This document shows, piece by piece, positions 52,033 to 64,000 of a DNA stretch of 64,000 nt; the first letter of the stretch is position 1; each line of letters opens with the position of its first letter. The translations under genes were made by a program, and so were the position numbers. The notes beneath the pieces are model-generated. The model ran no database searches, was not told where the DNA came from, and saw nothing but the letters and a program-made list of their open reading frames with translations. The stretch comes from the human T2T-CHM13v2.0 reference genome, Homo sapiens. The stretch is from NCBI RefSeq assembly GCF_009914755.1, contig NC_060928.1, one strand, 5' to 3'.

Positions 52033-52768
52033 AAAGTTGTAGCTTTTGGTTAATACTTAGATGCATCTTCCCTGCCACATCTTAACATTCTGAAATCAGT
52101 ATGATTTTCACAATCAATATGAATATATTTAATAAAGTAGTAGTTCTTTGTTTCCTAAAAACCTATTAAATTGATAGTGACTTACAATTGAGAGCATCTT
52201 ATAATTAAGGAAATACATGATAATGAGCCCAAATAAGTAATGTACTTTTTTCTCCCCAACATAATTACATCCTCCACTGGGAATTACACTTAAGAATTTA
52301 CTTGCATGAGTAGCAAAGAGACACTAGTTTAGCCAACACTGACCTGCAGGTGATGGAACCAATGATGATATAAAAGCCAAGCTGGAGTATCCACAGGAGT
52401 GTGGACCTATAATCCCAAATGGCTCAAGAGCAGAACAGCCTCTTAGAGTGGAAGAGTCTTTATAATCTAAATATGAATTCATTTGCAGTGGAACTGTCAG
52501 ACTTACAATCCTGTAGTGTGCAGTACTCTAATGAAAGGTATAGAAAATTTAAATGGACACTCCACAAAGGAATTGTAGTATATTTCAAAGGGTATATTGA
52601 AGATGTGTAAAACCAAGGACGCTTACCAGTTTATATATTAGTAAATACATTTTTAGTCATATTGTACTAGTTACAGCATTTAGCACATCTAAATTGGGCT
52701 TATTATTTTCACAAATTAGGTTCAGCTGTTGGATTTGCTTAATGGTCTTTTCATGAAGTACTAAGTAA

Positions 52769-53005
<237 letters not shown>

Positions 53006-53172
53006 TAACATTCAATTCTATACGTCACATTTTCTGATTCATGGTCTGTGATTTAGTATGCAAAACTACCTAGTATATTATCTGACACAAAGTAGGCCCT
53101 TGATAAATTATATTCTATAATTCCTTAATTTTAAGGTACTTGCTAATTTACCATGTTGCCACTGATAGCTAA

Positions 53173-53385
<213 letters not shown>

Positions 53386-55876
53386 TAAGTTATTTTCACA
53401 TATTTTTAGGAAAGCTTATATAGTAAATACTTAAGTGAATCAGCCAAACTTTGTTAGCTAATATGAATCTGGCAATCATGTTTACAATTTAAAACGTCTA
53501 AGACTACTTTGCTCCTGATTTTAATATTCAGGGCAAAAATATAAAACAAAGTATAGTTGAAAATCAATCTTAAAAATAAAATAGGTAGTTCTGGGTAACA
53601 TGGAGTAAGCACACTCCACCCCATGTCTCCCACTGAGTACAGCTATAAAACGTGAACAGAATGCATGGAGCAGATATTTAAGGACTCTGAAAAGTAAATG
53701 GTAGCAGGCAGATTGGAAAAGAAGACGGAATTTGAAGTGCCAACTAACCAGTGGGGAGTCTCCCACTTGTCCTCTGCTGTCTCACAGCCAGGACTCAAGG
53801 AAGTCTGAAACCTAGAAGTAGGCACCAAAGCACAGAGAGAGCTTTAAGGAAACTCTCTGGTTCTGGCTTAAGTTGCAGGAAAGAGAACTTATAATGCTCA
53901 AAGGCAGTTGGGGAAATCCCCTGGTTTTCTTTTTCTTTTTTTGTTCTTTGTTCTCTAATGCTCCAGCCACCAAGCAGTCTCCCCATGGCAGTGGCAACAA
54001 GAACAGTGGCACCAAGGACCCACAGGCACCTAAAACTCTGATGGAGGATAATCTTCTCTCCAATTAGAGGCTGTGGCTTCAAGAAGATAGGGCAAACCAC
54101 TATTGCCTATTTTTCTCTCTGTCCTCCCTTGGTCACAAGTGCTCATACAGTGTGGGAATTATGTGGTAGAACAGAGTAACTAGAGATCAAGCATTAATAG
54201 AGGACCAAAATTAGGAGACCTAGGGATTGGAAAGTACTAGATTGATCATAGGGAGGAAGGAACTCAGGAAAGCAACCCTGTAAAGATATTTATGAACTCC
54301 TGGGTTCATCCTTAAGCGCATATGTATAGACTTATCCTAAACATATACCAAAGACCCTGTGAACTGAACTGAGACATAGATCATAGCCAAGGTCTTATAC
54401 TAGCCACTGAGTGGGCCATAGAGGGACATATCTGAATACCACTGCAAAGGCGTTGAAAATAGAACTGACATTGAAACCGTCAGCTACAGAAGGCTCCTTG
54501 AAACTTGTGGCCTGAACCCAGCCAGGTTGATGGCCTGCTGAAACAAAAATATTAACCTTCTCCATGGGATTTAGATTAGACACAATCTCATAATTTCACA
54601 AGGTCCAGAATAGAACCCCAAATTACTTGACATATGAAGAATTGGGAGAATTTTAACTCGCTCAGGAAATAACAATAAAAAAACACCAATGCCAAGATTA
54701 TGCAGATAGCAGATATAGAAATGCTCCAAGAGGTAAGGGCTAATGCTCTTGAAACAAATGGAAAACTAGAAAGTCTCAGAAAAGAAATAGAACCAATAAA
54801 GAAGAACCAAATGGAAATTTTAGAACTATAAAATGCAATAAATTTGATAGACTTAGTAGCAAATGGAGAAAATAAAGAGTCAGTGAACTTGAAGAGAGAT
54901 CATTAGAAAATATCCAATCTGAACATGGAAGAAAAAAATGAAACAAAATTATTTGTCCCAGAGACCTATTAGACAGTAACAAAAGGTCTAGTATTTGTGT
55001 CTTCGGAATCCCAAAAATAATGGCTGGAAACTTTATGGCAAAAGACATAAACGTGCATATTGTAGAAGCTCAGCAAGTCCCCAAAAGGATAAACCAGAAG
55101 AAATCTAGAGCTATTCACATCATAATCAAACTGTTGAAAAATAAAGACAAAGAAAAAATCTTGAAAGCAGCCAGAGAGCAACATTTTGAATGACAGTGGA
55201 TTTTCTCACCGTAAAGCATTGAGGCTAGAAGGAAATGCCACAATATTCTTAAAGTGCTAAAATAAAAGCATTGTCAACTGAAATTCTTTATCCGGTGACA
55301 ATGTATGTCAGTAAATGAAAGTGAAATAAAAGCATTTTTAGATGAAGGAAAATGAAGAGACTATCTTGCTCTCTAAAAGAACTGCTGAAGGAAGTTCTTC
55401 AGATAGAAGAGAACTGAGAACAGAAGGAAATTTGGGACATTAAGAATGAAGGAAGAGCAACAGAAATGGTAAATATCCGGGTAAATATAATAGACATTTT
55501 TCTTTTGAGATCTTTAACGTATATGTGATGGTTTAAAAAAAAAATTATAATATTGCTCAGTAGGGTGTTTAATGCATGAAAATGCAATATATAAGACAAC
55601 TATACTATAAAGGGGAGAGAGGGTAAAAGCTTTTGTATGCGATAAGACTTCTACATTCCACTTGAAATGGCAAAATATTGATTCTAAGTAGACTATGAAA
55701 ACTTAAATATGTATATTATAATCTAGAGCAACCTCTAAGAAAACTATTCAAAGAAATATACAAAAGCACAATAGATAAATTAAAATGGAATACTAAAAAA
55801 TGTTCAAATCTAAACAAAGGAAAGAAACAGGAATAAAAACAAATAAAAGAGAGAACAAATAGAAAGCAAATAATAA

Positions 55877-56249
<373 letters not shown>

Positions 56250-56419
56250 TAGAATGTATTTTTAATGACCCTATTAAAAGGGTCATTGTAAGAAATTCAC
56301 TTCAAATATAATGATATAACCATGTAAAAGGATAGAAAAAGACCATACAAATGCTAACCAGAAGATAGCTACTCTAGCCATCATTTACATTGATATGTTT
56401 GAACTTGGCACAGCATTTA

Positions 56420-56594
56420 ACCTTGTATTAGGTACTGTAAGTGACCTAAAGATGACTGAAAGTATATGGGAGGATGTGTATAGGTTATATGCAAATACAA
56501 CATCATTTATATAATGGACTTGAGCATCTGTGGATTTTGGTATCCACAGAGGGATCCTGGAACCCAATCCTCTTGGGATACTGAGGGACAACTG
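56420..56594 (-). mobile_element. MER2 (TcMar-Tigger) fragment
   Basis: GGATTTTGGTATCC...GATACTGAGGGACAACTG followed by TA. Confidence 0.75.
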
Positions 56595-57157
56595 TAATGT
56601 ATAGAACCAACTACGCAGAAGGTCAACAAGGATATAAAAGACTAGGTCAGCACTATAAACCAACTAAACCTAATAGAACACTGCACCCAGCAGCAACAAA
56701 ATTCACATTTTTTTCAAGTGCCTGTGGAACATTCACCACAATAGACTACCCTGGCTCATGAAACAAACTTCAGCAAATTTAAATTGAATCATATAAAATA
56801 TGTTCTCTGACCATAATGGAATCAAACTAGAAGTCAGTAACAGCAGGAAAACCTGCAAACACTTGGAAATTAAACAACATATTTCTAAATAATTCATGGG
56901 TCCTAGAGCCCCAAAGCAATTAAAAAATACATAGAACTGAATGAAAATGAAAATATATCAAAATACGTGGGAGGCAGCTAAAGCAGCCTAGAAGAAAATT
57001 TATAGCACTAAATGTTTACATTAGGGGGAAAAAGGGCCTCAAATCAGTAATCTAAGTTTCTACCTCAAGACACTGAAAAAAGGAGCAAGATAAACATAAA
57101 GCAAAAGGAAGAATATAATAAAAAGAAAATTGTGAAATGGAAAATGAGAAAATTTTA

Positions 57158-58912
<1,755 letters not shown>

Positions 58913-59568
58913 TTAAGATTAGGAACAAGACAAGAATATCTGCTCTCATTACTCTTACTCAACCTAGCATTAGAAGTTCCAGCCACTGCAATAGGCAAGA
59001 AAAAGAAATACACGGCACTCAGATTAGAAAGGAAGAAGGAAAACTATCTCTATTTGCAGATGTCATGATCATCTTGGGATTTTCTACATAAAAATCTTGG
59101 AATTTTCTGCATAAAAGCAACTCCTGGAACTAAAACTAATAAATGAGTTTTAGTTTATTTTTCTGCAAAAAAGCAACTCCTAGAACTAAAACTAATAAAT
59201 GAGTTGAGCAAGATTGTAGGATATAAGATCAACACACAAAAATTAATCACATTTCTATATACTAACAATGAACATTAACAATGAAAACAAAAATGAAAAC
59301 CAATACCATTTTCAGTCACTCCAAAGAAACTGAACTGCTTAAGTATACCTCTAACAAAACCTGTACAGTGTCTTTGCTGAAAATTATAAAATGCTGATGA
59401 AAGAGATCAAATTAGACCCAAATAAAGAGAGAGATATACTGTGTTCATAGATTGAAAAGCTCAACAAAGTGAAGATATCAGTTCCCCCAGGTTGATCTAT
59501 TGTTTAATGAAATTTATATCAAAATCCCAGCATGCTTCTTTGTAGGCATAGGCATGCTTGTTCTAATA

Positions 59569-59573
59569 TAGAC

Positions 59574-59618
<45 letters not shown>

Positions 59619-59634
59619 TAGATAGATGTAGATA
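59569..59634. repeat. Compound (AGAC)n(GA)n(GATA)n microsatellite
   Basis: Seen directly. Confidence 0.95.
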
Positions 59635-62191
59635 GGCACAGATCCTAAAATAGCCAACAGCAATCTTAAAAAAGAACAATAAAATGGGAGAAATCATTCT
59701 TCCCAATATAAAAACTTGTTTAGCTACAATCATCAAGACTATGTATCATTGGCAGAGGAAAAGACATATCAATCAATGGAACAGAATAGAGAAGACAGAA
59801 ATAAACCCATACAAATATGCACAGTTGGTTTTTGACAAAGGTGAAAAATAATTCAATAAAAGCAAGATACCCTTTTCAACAAATGGTACTGGGGCAATTA
59901 GACATCCACAAATGAAAAAAAAATTTTCGACACAAACCTTACACCTTAATAAAAAATTCACTCATGGACTTAAATATAAAATGTAAAACATAGGAGGATA
60001 TCTTTTGGATCTAGGGTTAGGCAAAGAATTCTTAGACTTGAAACCAAAAGTACGATCTATAAAAGGAAAAATTGATAAAGTAGATTTCATCAAAATTTAA
60101 AACTTTTGCTTTGTGAAGTACTCTGTTAAAGATGAAAAGATGGCCGGACGCGGTGCCTCACATCTGTAATTCCGGCACTTTGGGAGGCCAAGGGAGGCAC
60201 ATCACCTGAGGTCAGGAGTTTGAGACCAACCTGGCCAATGTGGTGAAACCTTGACTCTGAAAATAAATAAACAAATAAATAAGATGAAAAGATAAGCTGC
60301 AAAATGAGAAAATATTTGCAAACCACGTATCCAACAAAGGGCTAGTATCTAGAATATGTAAAGGACTCTCAAGACCCAACAGTATGTCATATGTTTAACA
60401 TCTGTATATGTTATCAACCCAACACTATGTTGATACTTTTTTTGTTTAAATGTCAATTATCTATTTACATATCAATTTATACAACACGAAAATAATACAT
60501 TTACTTATATAGTTACCATTAAACAAAAACCCAACAGTAAAAAAAGCAAACAACCCTATTAGAAAATAGGCAAAAGACATAGATTTCACCAAATAATAAC
60601 AAATACATGAAAAGATACTCAACATGATTAGCCATTAGGGAAGTGCTAATTAAAACCACTATTAGCTATTACTACCCATCTATTAGAATGACTAAAATGA
60701 AAAATAGTGATAACACCAAATGTGGGTAAGGATGAGGAGAAACTGGATTACTCATACATTGCTGGTGGGAATGCATCATGGTACAGCTACTCTGGAAAAC
60801 AGTTTGGCAGTTTCTTAAAAAACTGGACATGCAATTACCATATGATCCAGCAGTTACACATCTGGCCATTTATTCCAGAGAAATGAACACCTACATTCAG
60901 ATAAAAACCTGTATATGAATGTTTATAGCAACTTTATTTGTAATAGCCAAATACTGGAAACAATCCAGATGTCCTTCAGTGGGTGAATGGTTCATCCATG
61001 CCATAGAACACTACTCAACAATAAAAAGGAACAACCTATTGATACACCCAACAACTTGAATGAATTTCCAAAGGATTGCACTGAATGGAAAAAAGCCAGT
61101 CTCAACAGGTTGCATATTATATGATTTCATTTATATAATGTTCTTGAAGAGATAGAATTATAAAAACAAAGAACAGATTAGTGATTCCCAGAGGTTAGAG
61201 ATGGAGCTGGGGTCAGAAGGAAGGAGGTGAGTGTTTATAAAAAGGCAACATGAGAGATCCTTGTGGTCATGGAACTATCTATATCCTGACTATGGTTGTG
61301 AGTCTCATGAATCTCATGTGTGAGAAAGTTACTAAACACACACACTGAGTACAAGTAAACACACACACTAAGTACAAGTAAAACTAGGGACGTCGGAATA
61401 AGATTTGTGGTTTCTATCAATGTCAGTATCCTGATTGTGGTATTATACTATAGTGTTTCAAGATGTTACTATTGGGAGAAAAGGGGACATGGAATCTCTC
61501 TATCTCTCTATATTGCCTCTTACAACTACCTGTGAATCTGAAATTATCTTAAAAGTTTAATTAAATGAAAATAATGAGGGAAAAAAGGTAAGAGGAAAAC
61601 ACTGGAAGAGAAGAGAAGGAGAAAAGGAGGTTAGGAGGAAAGAAATGTTACAACTATTAGTTCCCAACATTGTACTACACAACTTTCATTTACATCAACT
61701 TACTTATTCTTACTACAACCTTATGAAATAATGTTATGCCCGCATTTTTCAGAGCTTTCAACCTGATCCTTCTGATCCAAATTTAATGTTCTTTCTATAC
61801 TATAATTCACTTCCTTTTGTATGAAAGAACTCTGGGCAGGGGAGAAAGGGAACACATTGTAAAGAGAAACCTGTATCATCTTACAATAATTAATACTACT
61901 CAGGAGAATATTTTCGTACCCAAATTTCTTCAGGACAATTTTAACCTCCTTATTCCTGAAGCTATAGATCAGAGATTAAGCCAGGCACAACCCTACCCGC
62001 CCCCCATCTCTGCACACAGTAAGCAAACAAACAACAACAACAAACCCAAAAGTTTAAAGATAAAATATAATGAAGTACAGAAATTCTAATATTTTCTTAA
62101 CCCAGTAGATCATTCTGTACATCACATTTTGGAGACCAGTAACCTATTCCATGGTTTGTAATTTTTTGTGAATTAAAACAGTTTTATATAA

Positions 62192-62326
<135 letters not shown>

Positions 62327-62380
62327 TGACATTTTATCATTCCAGTTACAGAGAGTAAGGTTGTGTTTGTTATCGTGTGA

Positions 62381-62729
<349 letters not shown>

Positions 62730-62867
62730 TAGAGTTCCCTAAAATAGTCTCCTTATTTTAGTAATTATGTTGTCATACTGCTTGACTAGAAAGATATGTC
62801 TACTTTGATCCAGAGATTTATAGTGAATTTTATCCTAATTCTAATGTAAAGTATAAATTCTTATATA

Positions 62868-62927
62868 CAGTCATGACCCACATAATGACGTTTCAGTCCA
62901 CATACATGGTCCATATTTACTACCTTT

Positions 62928-62959
<32 letters not shown>

Positions 62960-63259
62960 TTTTTTTGAGACAGCGTCTTGTTTTGTTGCTCAGGCTTACT
63001 GTACATTTTCTATATTTAGATATGATTCAATGTGCAAGTACTTACTGCTGTGTTACATTTGCCTGCAGTGTTCAGTACAGTAACATGCCATACAGGCTTA
63101 TAGCCTAGGAGCAATAGGCTATACCATATAGCCTAGGTACGTAGTAGGCTATTTGATCTAGGTTTGTGTAAGTACACTCTATGATGTTCACACAACAACA
63201 AAGTCACCTAATGACAGATTTCTCAGAACATAGCCCTGTTGTTAAGTGACACATAACTG
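62868..63259 (+). mobile_element. Tigger3-derived MITE with a small Alu fragment
   Basis: TA-CAGTCATG...CACATAACTG-TA; core TAGCCTAGGAGCAATAGGCTATACC. Confidence 0.75.
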
Positions 63260-63447
63260 TACTTTCCCTTTGAGCCACAGGGAATGAGCCAGTGCTCATA
63301 TTCTTATGCCAATCCATGGCAAATTTCCTAGTCTAAAAAAAAAACTACTTAAACTAGTAAGGAGAATATTTGAAAATTGTTATGTCTCTGGTAGCTTAAA
63401 TGAAAATATTTGTTTGCTGCCTGCAACTATATATTGTTTTTGAATAA

Positions 63448-63648
<201 letters not shown>

Positions 63649-63727
63649 TGAAAATGGTGTTATTTTTCTTTTATTTATTAATAAAATAAGTTTAGCCGTT
63701 GATTTATTACTATTTTCTTTATTATAG

Positions 63728-63880
<153 letters not shown>

Positions 63881-64000
63881 TAATTTCTGTTCTTATTTGG
63901 GAAGCACTGCAAGTTTCTTTTAGGACCAAGTCTTTCACTCTTTTTTATTCACATATCTCATTCTTAGCTTAAATGGTTTTGTAAGTCTTCTAAAAATTTG

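Overview
Primate genomic DNA, very probably human 4p14. It is Alu/L1-rich with one CpG island at about 29.8-30.6 kb. The + strand from 30196 holds coding exons 1-12 of WDR19 (IFT144). The 1249 coding nt splice into one open frame ([10 protein letters not shown]...FYVLGEN), and the gene continues past the window. Notable splice features are an 18-bp tandem duplication of the exon 8 donor and a GC-AG intron 12. The left 30 kb looks like repeat-filled intergenic DNA: L1M, MaLR/ERV LTRs, an HSMAR2 mariner, a CpG-rich minisatellite, and a MER41 solo LTR beside the promoter. On the - strand, however, the non-repeat islands carry a chain of splice-site-bounded, mostly phase-compatible exons with stops, dead splice sites and TE insertions. 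I read this as a fossil multi-exon protein-coding gene (candidate unitary pseudogene) lying head-to-head with WDR19. I do not recognise its protein. Repeat subfamily names are from memory of consensus sequences, and repeat boundaries are approximate.
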